A stretch of 64,000 nucleotides of DNA from a candidate division WOR-3 bacterium (GCA_037441285.1 JBBISL010000005.1:1-64000); one strand, 5' to 3'; shown: positions 10,045 through 20,225, numbered from the stretch's first letter. Notes: a model not told the origin generated them from the letters alone. Translations and numbers: made by a program.

Positions 10045-11438
10045 TGCTTTTTCCCGTTGCCGTTGAGCCGGCATTCGTAATCCCGGGCAAATTGGGCAAC
10101 ACCCTGGGCAACGGCGCGGGCGATTTTTTCCCGATGCTCGGGGTTGCGCAGCAGTTTTTCCTCCTTGCGATTGGTAAGGAACCCGCACTCCACCAGGACC
10201 GCGGGCATAAAGATGTTGCGCAGGACATAGAAGTTTGCCTGCTGGACGCCGCGGTCTTCGGCGCAGATTGCGGACAGCGCCGCCTCCTGAATCCGGCTGG
10301 CAAGTTCGCTGGACTCAAAGAGAAACTCGTTCTGGGCTAAATCGGCAAGGATGAGGCTTACCGGGTCGTTGTCTTTGATAAGCGGGTTGGCGAGTTCCCG
10401 CTCAAACACCGCATTTTCCCGTGCCGCTACCGCCCGTTCCCAGTCGGTTTTGGCTTCGGATAAAAAGTAGGTTTCAACGCCCGTGGCGCTGCGGTTTGGT
10501 GCGGCGTTGGCGTGGATTGATACAAACAGGTCGGCGCCGCTCTTTGCCGCCTTTTCTGCCCGTTCCGAGAGCGAAACATACTCGTCGGCGTCCCGGGTCA
10601 AAATGACTTCAAAACCCTGCTGGGTCAGGTATTTTTTCACCCGTCGGGCGATGTCAAGGACGATGGTTTTCTCTTGGGTGCCCAGTCTGCCGATTGCACC
10701 CGGGTCTTTGCCACCATGTCCGGGGTCAAGGATAATTTTTGTCACCCGGCGTTGCGGTCTGGGCCAGAGCCGGACCTCAATACCGTTGGGTCTCAAAAGC
10801 ACCGTGTCCTGGGTTGGCTGGCGAAAGTTCCAGTAAAGGTTGACACCGACCGCCAGGGTGTCTAAGTGGACACCGTTGAGTGTGGTGCCGCCGGTCAGGG
10901 AGATGAGACGCAACTGGGAAATAAACCCGCTGTCGGTGCGACAGCCCAGCGTGAGGCGCAGTTCCAGACTGGACTTCCGGTCCCGATCGAAAAGCAGGGC
11001 GCCCGACTTTGATTGAAGGGGGTTAAGCAACAACCGGACGATGAGGGTGTCGCCCTTTTTATCGGTCTCGGTTGTGGTGAGCACCGGCACATCAAGTTCG
11101 GGAAAGATGCCGGCGACGAGGACCGCGGGCAGGTAGAGTTGCCCTTTATCAACTATCGGCGCGATGGGCAGTTTCAGCCGCCGGCCATTGTGCAGGACAA
11201 CGCTGCTGTCCGGAATAAACAGATACTCGTTGAACGAAGAGTCGGAACCGGGCAGGATGGTGATGAACCGGTTTTCCACCCAGTAGCATTTGCCGCCGTA
11301 CTTTGCCACGACCCCGGAAACCGGCAGGTAGTCAATACCGTTCACCGGACGCAAACCGGTGGTGCTGCCGGAGCCGGCAATCGCCGGGATAAAAAACAGA
11401 AGTGAGAAGAGATTGAACCAGAACCGCCTCATCTTCAA
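10041..11438 (-). CDS. N-acetylmuramoyl-L-alanine amidase (Amidase_3, AmiA/B/C type)
   Basis: Signal peptide; LDPGHGG, SIHANA, LVECGF. Start may be ATG 11432. Confidence 0.92.
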   Translation of the reverse strand: MKMRRFWFNLFSLLFFIPAIAGSGSTTGLRPVNGIDYLPVSGVVAKYGGKCYWVENRFITILPGSDSSFNEYLFIPDSSVVLHNGRRLKLPIAPIVDKGQLYLPAVLVAGIFPELDVPVLTTTETDKKGDTLIVRLLLNPLQSKSGALLFDRDRKSSLELRLTLGCRTDSGFISQLRLISLTGGTTLNGVHLDTLAVGVNLYWNFRQPTQDTVLLRPNGIEVRLWPRPQRRVTKIILDPGHGGKDPGAIGRLGTQEKTIVLDIARRVKKYLTQQGFEVILTRDADEYVSLSERAEKAAKSGADLFVSIHANAAPNRSATGVETYFLSEAKTDWERAVAARENAVFERELANPLIKDNDPVSLILADLAQNEFLFESSELASRIQEAALSAICAEDRGVQQANFYVLRNIFMPAVLVECGFLTNRKEEKLLRNPEHREKIARAVAQGVAQFARDYECRLNGNGKKQ

Positions 11439-11887
11439 TACCCGTCCTTGGTCCCGGCGCGGCGTTCATCCGCCTCCATTGCCCGGCGCTTCAGTTCGGC
11501 ACGGCGGTCATACGCCTTTTTGCCCTTGCACAGCGCCAGTTCCACCTTGGCGATGCCGCGGTCGTTAAAGTAGAGGCGCAGGGGAATCAAGGTAAAGCCG
11601 CGCAGGGTGGTTTTGCCGAAGAGCCATTTGATTTCGTCTTTGTTTAAGAGGAGTTTGCGCCGGCGCTTGGGGTCGCGGTTAAAGACATTACCCTGGCGAT
11701 AGGGTGCGATGTTGACATCGTAGAGAAACACCTCGCCATTTTCCACCCGGGCATAACCGCCATCAAGCGAGGCACCACCTTCGCGCAGCGACTTTACCTC
11801 GGTGCCGTACAGGGCGATACCGGCTTCAACCTTATCGTGCACCGTATAGTCGCGCAGTGCCTTGCGATTGGTGGCAACGACCTTCAC
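11435..11887 (-). CDS. smpB: SsrA-binding protein
   Basis: NRKA...EAGIAL.GTEVKSLR, RKLLL, KGKKAYDRR. Confidence 0.97.
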   Translation of the reverse strand: MKVVATNRKALRDYTVHDKVEAGIALYGTEVKSLREGGASLDGGYARVENGEVFLYDVNIAPYRQGNVFNRDPKRRRKLLLNKDEIKWLFGKTTLRGFTLIPLRLYFNDRGIAKVELALCKGKKAYDRRAELKRRAMEADERRAGTKDGY

Positions 11888-11893
11888 CCCTTG

Positions 11894-11964
11894 ATTATAA
11901 AACCTCCCTCAGTTCAGTCAACCTTGGCCGGTGTTGTTGACATCGGGTTCAGAGAAGAAATAAT
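11894..11964. promoter_or_regulatory. divergent sigma70 promoter pair (smpB operon / gene at 11985)
   Basis: Minus strand: TTGACT (11921-11916), 16 bp, TATAAT (11899-11894). Plus strand: TTGACA (11937-11942), 16 bp, AATAAT. Confidence 0.65.
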
Positions 11965-11984
11965 AGTAGAAAAAGGAGCAGGAA

Positions 11985-13370
11985 ATGAGGCAAATTTTGT
12001 CTGGCGTCTTGATTGCGATTGTAGCGGTATGGGCGCTGGAGTGGCAGCCTGAGGTCCGTTTGACCGAAAACAACTACTCGGACTTTTCATACTGGAGCAC
12101 GCAGCGCCGGGTTGCGGTTGACCCGCAGGGCAGGGTGCACTGCCTCTGGTATGTGATGAACTCGGCGCTGGGCACCTATCGGTTTCAGGTTTATTACAAG
12201 CGGTACAATCCGGGTTCAGGCTGGAGTCAGGATACGATGATTTCGTTTGACCTGTACAGCGAGAATTTGAACTGCAAATACCCGTCGCTGGCGATTGACT
12301 CTATGGGTGTGGTCTATGCGGTCTGGGCAGCAGGCGGTACGGACGATGCCGACGAGCACATCTACATCAAGAGTTGTGTGCCGGCTGGTAATGGTAATGA
12401 TGGCTGGGAGGAGAGTTCAAGGCTGCTTTCGGTCAGTGCGCCCTCGGTGGCAAAAGAGTGTCCAACCGTTGCATCAGGACCGGATAACAACATTCAGGTG
12501 GTCTGGCTTGAAGGGACAAACATCGTGCATCGGGAGCGAAGGGATACGGTCTGGCTGGAGCCACGGGTAATTGAAGGTGGAACCAATTACAAGGCTTATC
12601 CGGCGGTAGCGGTTGGTCCAGACCGCAGGGTGCATCTTGTCTGGTATGGCAGAGAGGGTGCAAGCGGTTATTACGATGTGTTTTACAAGGTGCGGACCGA
12701 TACGGTTTGGGGCGCAACCGAAAATGTTTCGCAGGCAACCCGGCACCAGATGTACCCAGCAATCGCGGTGAATCCAGTTACCGGTAACCCGCATCTCTTG
12801 TGGCAGTCTTATGGCACCGACAACCACCGGCGGATTGTGCACCGTTTTCGGACCAGTACCGGCTGGCAGCCTGCAGACACCGTTTCTGGAACCGAGGATA
12901 CGCTGAATCAGGACCCGGGCCAGATTGTTTTCACCATAAACGGTAGGGGTTATGCGTTGTGGACCGGCAAAAGCGAATCTTCGCTTGTGGTGGTGCAGGT
13001 GCGGTGTGCGGAAAGGGCGGTTAATGGTGTCTGGGGTCCTGCTTATGATGTCACCCGGGCATCAAACACACGGGAAAAGCCCGCGGTTGCCGCGGGGAAC
13101 GGGTCTGCGCCCAACGACATTGTGGCAATCTGGACCGATTATCGGGACGGCAATGCCGAGATGTACTTTGCCCGTGCCAGTACCTCCCAGTTTATTCAGG
13201 AGGCAAGGTTTGAGCCGAATCCGGCGCGGGCAACGGTAGTTTCCCGAAACGGGCTCGGGTTCAGATGCCAACTGTTTGACCCTTCAGGAAGAAGGGTGCG
13301 GCAGTTAAAGCCCGGGGTGTATTTTGGGAAAGGGGAAAAGGGCTGGTTTCGGCTGGTGGTTGTGCAGTAA
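11985..13370 (+). CDS. secreted repeat (beta-propeller-like) protein with a short T9SS-like C-terminus
   Basis: Signal peptide; repeats P.(L/V)A.D..G.VH.VW; C-terminal LFDPSGRRV..LKPGVYF...LVVVQ. Paralogous to the N-terminal half of the next gene. Confidence 0.75.
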   Translation: MRQILSGVLIAIVAVWALEWQPEVRLTENNYSDFSYWSTQRRVAVDPQGRVHCLWYVMNSALGTYRFQVYYKRYNPGSGWSQDTMISFDLYSENLNCKYPSLAIDSMGVVYAVWAAGGTDDADEHIYIKSCVPAGNGNDGWEESSRLLSVSAPSVAKECPTVASGPDNNIQVVWLEGTNIVHRERRDTVWLEPRVIEGGTNYKAYPAVAVGPDRRVHLVWYGREGASGYYDVFYKVRTDTVWGATENVSQATRHQMYPAIAVNPVTGNPHLLWQSYGTDNHRRIVHRFRTSTGWQPADTVSGTEDTLNQDPGQIVFTINGRGYALWTGKSESSLVVVQVRCAERAVNGVWGPAYDVTRASNTREKPAVAAGNGSAPNDIVAIWTDYRDGNAEMYFARASTSQFIQEARFEPNPARATVVSRNGLGFRCQLFDPSGRRVRQLKPGVYFGKGEKGWFRLVVVQ

Positions 13371-13378
13371 AATTTTGC

Positions 13379-13407
13379 TTGACAAGAAGGGCTTGGGTAA
13401 TTATAAT
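13379..13407 (+). promoter_or_regulatory. sigma70 promoter
   Basis: TTGACA-17 bp-TATAAT, followed by a ~120 nt leader and SD AGGAGG. Confidence 0.8.
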
Positions 13408-13533
13408 TTCTGTGCCACCAAGAAGGGTGACATCCGAATTAAAAAGCGGTAAGTAAAAGTGCGCCCGGACGCAGGGCACTTGGCGTAAACGGGCGCTGCG
13501 CATAAAAAGGTAAAACAAAAAAGGAGGCTAAGT

Positions 13534-16500
13534 ATGCGTAAATGGGTAACACTCTCCCTGCTTCTCCTCGCCGTGGTGGCGTTTGCGGCAAGACCTGAGC
13601 CACCGCGGATTGACCCGGAAACGGGTCTGCCTGAGGAGATGCTGCCGGAGAGGATGATGCAAAAACAGCCGGCACCGCCGAGCGAGGAGTATGTGCAGTA
13701 CCTCGCCCGGCAGGCTGAAGGGCAGTGGGCAGAGACCGATGCCCAGTGGGACCCGGATGTGAGGCTGACCAACAACAGTGTAACCGACTACACCTCCGCG
13801 TTTGGCAGGCACCTGGTTGCGGTTGACCCTTCGGGCAGAATCCATGTGGTCTGGCTGTCTTATCAGACTCCGGGCACATACTCACCGCAGATTTATTACA
13901 AGCGGTACTATCCGGGTTCAGGCTGGACCAACGACACCTGCATCTCGGCAGATGTGGCGAGTAACGGCTACTCCTACTACCCTTCGCTCGCTGTTGACTC
14001 TTCGGGCAATGTCCATGCGGTATGGTATGTGTACAAGGTGACCCCGAGTCCGACCGGCTACTACATCGGGTACAAGATGTGCACCCCGACCTCTTCGGGT
14101 AATGGTGGCTGGGATGCGACAACCACCCGAATCTCCGAAGACACCTTACAGTGGTACAAATACTATCCGGCGGTTGAGGCGAGCCCGAACGGCAGAATCC
14201 ATGTTGTTTGGTACACCTACTACTCAACTTTGGGCTATGCGATTGCGTACAAGGAGAAGATTGGCACAACCTGGCAGCCGAGAGTCTGGGTTGACTCTCA
14301 GCCCACCTCTTATGGACGCTGGATGCCCCAGGTTGCCGCAGACCGGAACAACAACATCCATGTGACCTGGTACGGTTATGCAACCGGCTCCAGTTATTAC
14401 CAGATTGGATATCGCGGCAGGTTTGGTGGAACCTGGGGTGCGGTGCAGCAGAACATCTCAGGTGGTGTATATTACCAGTACTACCCGTCAATTGCGGCAA
14501 ATCCGCAGGACAACCATGTCCATATCGTTTGGTGTGGTTATCCGCCGGACTTCTCCTACCTGCGTATCATCCATAAGGAAAGGTTAGGCACGGGTTCTTC
14601 TGACACCTTCCAGTTGGTTGGTGACACCGTTTCTGAAGCCGCCTACAACTATTATCAGTACTACTCCTGCATCACCTTTACCTCAAACGGGTATGGCCAT
14701 GTGGTGTGGAACGGTTACTCGAGCGGTAGTCCATCGTACTACCAGATTCGGTACAACGACCGTTCACCATCCGGCACCTGGGGAACACCGGTTGACCTGA
14801 CGAACATCTCCGGCAGTTACCGGTACTATGCTTCAATCGGTAATGGTGGTAAAAGTTCCAATCCGAACGATGTCCATGTAATCTGGCAGGACTCCCGGGA
14901 TGGCAACTATGAAATCTACTACAAGCATGGCGCACCACCCGCACCCTATGACCTGGCGATGTACCGGATTGATGTGCCGGGTGGGTTGCATGAGGTTGGT
15001 GAGGATGTCAACCCATCGGTCTGGGTGAAGAACACCGGCACCAATTCGGTTTCAAGTTTCTCGGTGAAACTGGACATCGGCAGTAGTTACTCCAGCACGG
15101 TCAATGTGAGCCAGACAATCGGACCGGGTGAAACGCTCAATGTGACCGGGTTCAGCACCTGGACACCTTCCAGTTCTGGCACCTATGCGGTGCGCTGCTC
15201 GGTGCGGCTTTCGGGTGATGGCAACCCGAACAACGACCTGTTGACTCAGCAGACGATGGTTGCGGACTTTGTTGAGCGGTTTGATGCGTCTGATGGCAAC
15301 TTCCGGGGCACCGGTGGCTGGGACTGGGGTGCACCAGAATCGCCGAGAAACCCGCCGCCTTCAAGCCCGAACTGCTGGGGCGATGTGCTTTCCGGATACT
15401 ATGCGAACAATGCCAACGACACCCTGCTCTCAATCAACCTTGTGGCGCTCCAGGACACGCCGGTGGTGATGTTTATGCACTGGATGTACTGCGAGTCCTA
15501 TTGGGATGGTGGCAACTTCAAATACTCAACCGATGGTGGCCAAACCTGGACACTGCTCTATCCGGATGGAACAAGGTCCTATTATGGCACAGTTTATGGC
15601 TTGGGTGAGTATGGCTATTCGGGCAACTGGAACTGGGAAGTGGCAAGGTTCAAGATTCCGGTGGCGAACGGCACATCCTTCAAGGTGCACTGGCGGTTTG
15701 GTTCAGATGGGTCGGTGACCTATTACGGCTGGCTGATTGACAATGTCGCGGGAATTGGCTGCCGCAAACCGGTTGATGTTGCGCCGACCGAAATCCTATC
15801 GCCGACCGGTGATATCCCGTACGGTGTGCCGGTAACGCCGCAGGCTAAGGTGTGGAACTTCGGTTCTGGCACCCAGTCCTTCCCGGTTGAGTTCACGATT
15901 GGCTCGGTTTATACTGACACCCAAACGGTTTCAAACCTGGCACCTGGTGAGTCAGCGGTGGTCAGTTTTGACCCGTGGACACCGACCACCATCGGTTCCC
16001 ATACCACCCGTTGTGTGACGCTCCTTTCCGGTGATGAGTTGCCCGGCAACGACACGGTTACTGGCTCCACCTTTGTGTACCTGGTTGATGTCCAGCCGAC
16101 CGAAATCATCGCGCCCAAGGGCGAAGTTGACTCGGGTGCGGTCATCAGCCCGCGGGTTAAGGTGCGGAACAACGGCACCGCGCCGGCTTCGTTCTATGCC
16201 CGGTTGCGGATTGGCAGTTCCTACAACCAGACACGGCTGGTCGTTGCCCTTGGTGTGGGTGAAGAGCGGACAATCACCGGCTTCCCGAACTGGACCGTGC
16301 CGGCGTACGGTATGTACCCGGTTCAGTGCACGACCGAGTTGACCGGCGATATGATAACCTCAAACGACCTGATGATTGACTCTTGCTGGGCGTACTACCG
16401 CGATGTGGCGGTGAATGCAATCGTTGAGCCGACCGGCACGATTGTGGTTGGCACGGTTGTGACACCGCGGGCAACGGTGCAGAACCTCGGCAGCAATCCG

Positions 16501-17961
16501 GCAACATTCGACCTGCACTTTGAAATCCTCAATGAGTCGAGCGCGGTTGTTTATGACCAGACCGCAAACCTCACTCTGGACCCGGGTGTTGAATCAACCT
16601 ATGCGTTCTCCACCACCTGGGATGCGGCAATACCGGGCAACTACACGGCACAGGCGACCGCGATAATGACCGGTGATGCGGACCCGAGCAACAACCAGCA
16701 GGTATCACCCTTCACAGTCAGGCCTTTGGGCAATCCGGGCTGGACCCAGAAGGCGCAGGTACCGGGACCGGTTAAAGACGGTGGGTTCCTCGTATTCAAT
16801 CCGGACAACGGGTTAATCTATGGTGCCCGGGGCGCCAAGTCGGCTGACTTCTACTCCTATGACCCGAACGCCGATGCCTGGACACCTCTAACTGCGATGC
16901 CAACGCCCAGTGGCAAGATGCCTTACAAGGGTGCAAACGGCTGCTATGGTGACGGCTACATCTACGCCACGATTGGTAACAACACCCAGGACTTTATCCG
17001 CTACTCGATTGATAGCGCCGCCTGGGCGCCGCTGACGCCGGTACCGCTGGGCACCAGTGGCAAGAAGGTCAAGGGTGGCACCGATATGGTGTATGTGGTC
17101 CAGAACGACACCGGCTATGTGTACCTGTTGAAGGGATACAAGCAGGACTTCTTCCGCTACAACACGGTTACTGGTGTCTGGGATTCGCTACCGGCTGCGC
17201 CGGCGGGTGTGAAGGCGAAGTGGGACAAGGGCTCCTGGCTGGTACTGATTGATGACGACCCAGCCTGGCTTATTGCGCACAAGGCGAAGTACAGTGAGAT
17301 GTGGACTTTTGACCTGACAACACTGCAGTGGGGTGCGGCTTCAATTCCGGGCATTCCAATCCCGAGCAGCAAGACCGGCAAGAACAAGAAGTCCAAGGAC
17401 GGTTCGGATGCGGTACTCTACAACGGGTTCATCTATGCGCTCAAGGGTGGCAACACCTGCGAATGGTGGCAGTGCGATGTTGCGGGTGGCACCTATGCCT
17501 GGACCGAACTTGACCCGATGCCTGAGGTTGGTCTGAGCGGCAGGAAGAAACGGGTTAAGGCGGGTGGCGCGGTTGCCAGCACCAACAACGGGCTGTTCTA
17601 TGCGTTCAAGGGTGGCAAGACTCAGGAGTTCTGGTGTTACTATGAGCCGACGGTGTTCGCGTCTAAGCCAGAGCGCTCGGGCGTGATGGCGGGACAGGTG
17701 AGCGTCGGTCGGTTCAACTTCAGCGTGGCGCCCAATCCGGTGGTCAAGGGCTTTGGCATCCTGTCTTACAGTGTGCCGCAGCCTTCACCGGCACGGGTTG
17801 TGGTGTTTGATGTGACGGGTAGAACGGTGAGCACCTTCAACTTTGTTGCATCGGGCACCGGCACGCACAGCCTTGACCTGCGCAATCTGGCATCGGGTGT
17901 TTACCTGGTGAAGTTTGAGAGCGCGGGTGCAAGCGCGAGCCAGAAGCTCATCGTCCGATAA
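13534..17961 (+). CDS. large T9SS-type secreted protein: Tyr-rich propeller, MAM/immune-inhibitor-like domain, four CARDB/Ig repeats, Kelch-like propeller, CTD
   Basis: Signal peptide; YYP.(L/I)A...G.IHVVW repeats; D(V/L)...I..P Ig repeats; six Kelch-like blades; C-terminal PNP...DVTGR...LASGVY...KLIVR. Confidence 0.85.
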   Translation: MRKWVTLSLLLLAVVAFAARPEPPRIDPETGLPEEMLPERMMQKQPAPPSEEYVQYLARQAEGQWAETDAQWDPDVRLTNNSVTDYTSAFGRHLVAVDPSGRIHVVWLSYQTPGTYSPQIYYKRYYPGSGWTNDTCISADVASNGYSYYPSLAVDSSGNVHAVWYVYKVTPSPTGYYIGYKMCTPTSSGNGGWDATTTRISEDTLQWYKYYPAVEASPNGRIHVVWYTYYSTLGYAIAYKEKIGTTWQPRVWVDSQPTSYGRWMPQVAADRNNNIHVTWYGYATGSSYYQIGYRGRFGGTWGAVQQNISGGVYYQYYPSIAANPQDNHVHIVWCGYPPDFSYLRIIHKERLGTGSSDTFQLVGDTVSEAAYNYYQYYSCITFTSNGYGHVVWNGYSSGSPSYYQIRYNDRSPSGTWGTPVDLTNISGSYRYYASIGNGGKSSNPNDVHVIWQDSRDGNYEIYYKHGAPPAPYDLAMYRIDVPGGLHEVGEDVNPSVWVKNTGTNSVSSFSVKLDIGSSYSSTVNVSQTIGPGETLNVTGFSTWTPSSSGTYAVRCSVRLSGDGNPNNDLLTQQTMVADFVERFDASDGNFRGTGGWDWGAPESPRNPPPSSPNCWGDVLSGYYANNANDTLLSINLVALQDTPVVMFMHWMYCESYWDGGNFKYSTDGGQTWTLLYPDGTRSYYGTVYGLGEYGYSGNWNWEVARFKIPVANGTSFKVHWRFGSDGSVTYYGWLIDNVAGIGCRKPVDVAPTEILSPTGDIPYGVPVTPQAKVWNFGSGTQSFPVEFTIGSVYTDTQTVSNLAPGESAVVSFDPWTPTTIGSHTTRCVTLLSGDELPGNDTVTGSTFVYLVDVQPTEIIAPKGEVDSGAVISPRVKVRNNGTAPASFYARLRIGSSYNQTRLVVALGVGEERTITGFPNWTVPAYGMYPVQCTTELTGDMITSNDLMIDSCWAYYRDVAVNAIVEPTGTIVVGTVVTPRATVQNLGSNPATFDLHFEILNESSAVVYDQTANLTLDPGVESTYAFSTTWDAAIPGNYTAQATAIMTGDADPSNNQQVSPFTVRPLGNPGWTQKAQVPGPVKDGGFLVFNPDNGLIYGARGAKSADFYSYDPNADAWTPLTAMPTPSGKMPYKGANGCYGDGYIYATIGNNTQDFIRYSIDSAAWAPLTPVPLGTSGKKVKGGTDMVYVVQNDTGYVYLLKGYKQDFFRYNTVTGVWDSLPAAPAGVKAKWDKGSWLVLIDDDPAWLIAHKAKYSEMWTFDLTTLQWGAASIPGIPIPSSKTGKNKKSKDGSDAVLYNGFIYALKGGNTCEWWQCDVAGGTYAWTELDPMPEVGLSGRKKRVKAGGAVASTNNGLFYAFKGGKTQEFWCYYEPTVFASKPERSGVMAGQVSVGRFNFSVAPNPVVKGFGILSYSVPQPSPARVVVFDVTGRTVSTFNFVASGTGTHSLDLRNLASGVYLVKFESAGASASQKLIVR

Positions 17962-17978
17962 ACTCGAGCACGAGTGAT

Positions 17979-18009
17979 GAAGGGGGGCTTTAAGCCCCCC
18001 TTCTTTTTT
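17979..18009 (+). terminator. intrinsic terminator
   Basis: GAAGGGGGGCT-TTA-AGCCCCCCTTC followed by six T. Confidence 0.9.
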
Positions 18010-18036
18010 GGGCACCCTCTGTGCACCATCCCCTTT

Positions 18037-18059
18037 TCCCCTCCCATCAAGGGAGGGGA
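18037..18059. repeat. REP-like palindrome
   Basis: TCCCCTCCC-ATCAA-GGGAGGGGA, nested in an outer CACCCT...AGGGTG (about 18013-18080). Confidence 0.45.
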
Positions 18060-18099
18060 GGAGAGATAAGAGGAAGGGTGAGACCGGGCAGGAGCGTTG

Positions 18100-18128
18100 T
18101 TGACAGTATTAATTAAGGAAGGTAGAAT
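18100..18128 (+). promoter_or_regulatory. sigma70 promoter for deoC-kbl
   Basis: TTGACA-17 bp-TAGAAT, 12 nt before the ATG; no SD. Confidence 0.7.
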
Positions 18129-18140
18129 TTAGTTTCACAG

Positions 18141-18800
18141 ATGGCAACGATTGCCCGATATATTGACCATACGCTGTTGAAGCCGGAGGCAACGCCCGAG
18201 GATATTGTCAGGTTGTGTGCAGAGGCAAAGAGGTTCGGGTTTGCGATGGTTTGTGTGAACTCGGGTTATGTGGAACTGGCAGCACAACAACTTAGGGGAA
18301 GCAATGTTGGGGTGTGTTCGGTTGTCGGGTTTCCACTTGGGGCGTGTTTGACCGAAGTGAAGACGGCAGAGGCAAAGGCGGTGGTGCAGGCGGGTGCGAG
18401 CGAACTGGATATGGTGATGAACATCGGGCGGTTTAAGGCGGGTGACTATTCCCGGGTAAGGGACGATATCAGGGCGGTGGTGGCAGAAGCCGAAGGCAGG
18501 GTGGTGAAGGTGATAATTGAAGCCGGGCTTCTGACCCCGGAGGAGAAGAGGCGGGCAACCGAACTGGTGGTTGCGGCGGGTGCCCATTTTGTTAAGACCG
18601 CAACCGGGTTTTTAGGAGGTGGGGCAACAAAGGAGGATGTGGCGCTGCTGGCGCAGGTTGCCCGGGGTCGCATCGGGGTCAAGGCATCAGGCGGAATTCG
18701 TACTTTTCAGCAGGCAAAGGAGTTGATTGCGGCGGGCGCAACCCGTTTGGGCACAAGCGCCGGCATCGCAATCGTGAATGAGGAAAAGAGTCAAACTTAA
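18141..18800 (+). CDS. deoC: deoxyribose-phosphate aldolase
   Basis: IDHTLLKP, VVGFPLG, ELDMV, FVKT.TGF, VKASGGIR, RLGTS. Confidence 0.97.
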   Translation: MATIARYIDHTLLKPEATPEDIVRLCAEAKRFGFAMVCVNSGYVELAAQQLRGSNVGVCSVVGFPLGACLTEVKTAEAKAVVQAGASELDMVMNIGRFKAGDYSRVRDDIRAVVAEAEGRVVKVIIEAGLLTPEEKRRATELVVAAGAHFVKTATGFLGGGATKEDVALLAQVARGRIGVKASGGIRTFQQAKELIAAGATRLGTSAGIAIVNEEKSQT

Positions 18801-18809
18801 GGAGGAGTA

Positions 18810-20069
18810 ATGGCATACGGTTCAATAAAGAACTTTTTGGAGAATGAGTTGAAGACGGTGCGCGACCAGGGGTTGTACAAAGAGGAGCGGTACATCCATG
18901 GTCCGCAGGGTGCAAAAATCGCGGTTGAGTATCCGGAAGGTGCACCGCAGAAGGAAGTGTTAAACTTCTGTGCCAACAACTACTTAGGGCTTTCCAGCCA
19001 TCCGGAGGTAATTAAGGCGGCGCATGAGGCGCTGGAGAAGTGGGGTTATGGTCTGTCTTCGGTGCGGTTTATCTGCGGTACCCAGGCTTTGCACCGGCAG
19101 TTAGAGCGAAAGATTGCCGAATTTTTGGGGATGGAGGATGCGATTCTTTACTCGTCCTGTTTTGATGCGAATGGCGGGCTGTTTGAGGCGCTTCTCGGTG
19201 CCGAGGACGCCATCATCACCGACCAGTTGAACCACGCCTCAATCATTGATGGCATCCGGCTGTGCAAGGTGCCAAAGGAGCGGCGGTTGATTTACAAGCA
19301 TGCGGATATGGCGGACCTGGAGGCGAAGTTGAAGGAGGCGCGGGAAAAGGGTGCAAGGTTTGTGATGGTTGCGACCGATGGCGCATTTTCTATGGACGGT
19401 GATGTGGCGAAATTGAATGAGATTGTGCCACTGGCAGAGAAGTACGATGCGCTGGTGATGATTGACGACTCGCATGCGACCGGGTTTATGGGCAAAACAG
19501 GCCGGGGTACTCACGAGTACCACAATGTGATGGGTAAGGTGGACATCATCACAACAACTTTTGGCAAGGCGATGGGCGGTGCATCAGGCGGGGTTACCGC
19601 GGCGCGCAAGGAGATTGTGGAGATTCTGCGCCAGCGTTCCCGGCCTTATCTTTTCTCCAATACGCTGTGCCCGGTGGTGGCGGCAGCGACTTTAAGGGTG
19701 ATTGAGATTCTGTCTAAGACGACCGAGCGACGGGATAAATTGGAGAGGAATACGAAGTACTTCCGCAAGGCGATGACCGAAGCCGGTTTTGACATCAAGC
19801 CCGGAGACCACCCGATTGTGCCGATTATGCTCTACAATGCAAAACTGGCGCAGGACTTTGCCCGGGATTTGTACTTTGAGGGGATTTATGTGATTGGGTT
19901 CTTCTATCCGGTGGTGCCGCGCGGTCAGGCACGGATTCGGGTGCAGTTGTCCGCAGCGCATGACCAAAAGCATCTGGACCGGGCGATTGCGGCGTTTGTC
20001 AAAGTGGGCAAGAAGTACGAAATCCTGGGCAAGAGCCGGGAGGAGATTGTTGCCCGCTACGGAGAATAG
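18810..20069 (+). CDS. kbl: glycine C-acetyltransferase (2-amino-3-ketobutyrate CoA ligase)
   Basis: [32 protein letters not shown] (PLP lysine), RSRPYLFSN. Confidence 0.95.
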   Translation: MAYGSIKNFLENELKTVRDQGLYKEERYIHGPQGAKIAVEYPEGAPQKEVLNFCANNYLGLSSHPEVIKAAHEALEKWGYGLSSVRFICGTQALHRQLERKIAEFLGMEDAILYSSCFDANGGLFEALLGAEDAIITDQLNHASIIDGIRLCKVPKERRLIYKHADMADLEAKLKEAREKGARFVMVATDGAFSMDGDVAKLNEIVPLAEKYDALVMIDDSHATGFMGKTGRGTHEYHNVMGKVDIITTTFGKAMGGASGGVTAARKEIVEILRQRSRPYLFSNTLCPVVAAATLRVIEILSKTTERRDKLERNTKYFRKAMTEAGFDIKPGDHPIVPIMLYNAKLAQDFARDLYFEGIYVIGFFYPVVPRGQARIRVQLSAAHDQKHLDRAIAAFVKVGKKYEILGKSREEIVARYGE

Positions 20070-20155
20070 AGCCCGAATTCGGGGAAAATTAACGGTGGAA
20101 TTTAAGGCGGTTAGCTAACTACCGGTTTTTCAGAAGATTAGGGGTTTAGAAAACA

Positions 20156-20190
20156 ATCCCCGGAACGGCCGAGTGGACCGTTTGGGGGAT
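20156..20190. terminator. possible bidirectional terminator between convergent genes
   Basis: Imperfect stem ATCCCCGGAACGG...CCGTTTGGGGGAT. Confidence 0.45.
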
Positions 20191-20225
20191 AGTATTATCC
20201 TGTGCCGGTGCTACCGGTTTACAGG

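Noticed and set aside
11888..11984. tmRNA (ssrA) next to smpB
   Set aside because: The gap is under 100 nt and is explained by divergent promoters; no tRNA-like ends. The GTCAAC/GTTGAC inverted repeat is just two back-to-back -35 boxes.
13457..13500. c-di-GMP-II riboswitch (loop GGGCACTTG resembles its conserved loop)
   Set aside because: The pairing partner AGTGC lies upstream rather than downstream, and I see no kink-turn or flanking consensus. Kept only as an unassigned structured leader.
12190..13927. Diversity-generating retroelement template/variable repeat pair
   Set aside because: The shared stretch is only 36 nt, both copies are coding, and there is no reverse transcriptase in the window; paralogy explains it.
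13439..14500. 353-aa minus-strand ORF and similar long overlaps (30187-31035, 44861-45751, 8895-9575)
   Set aside because: Antisense or off-frame shadows of well-supported genes; no motifs or initiation signals.
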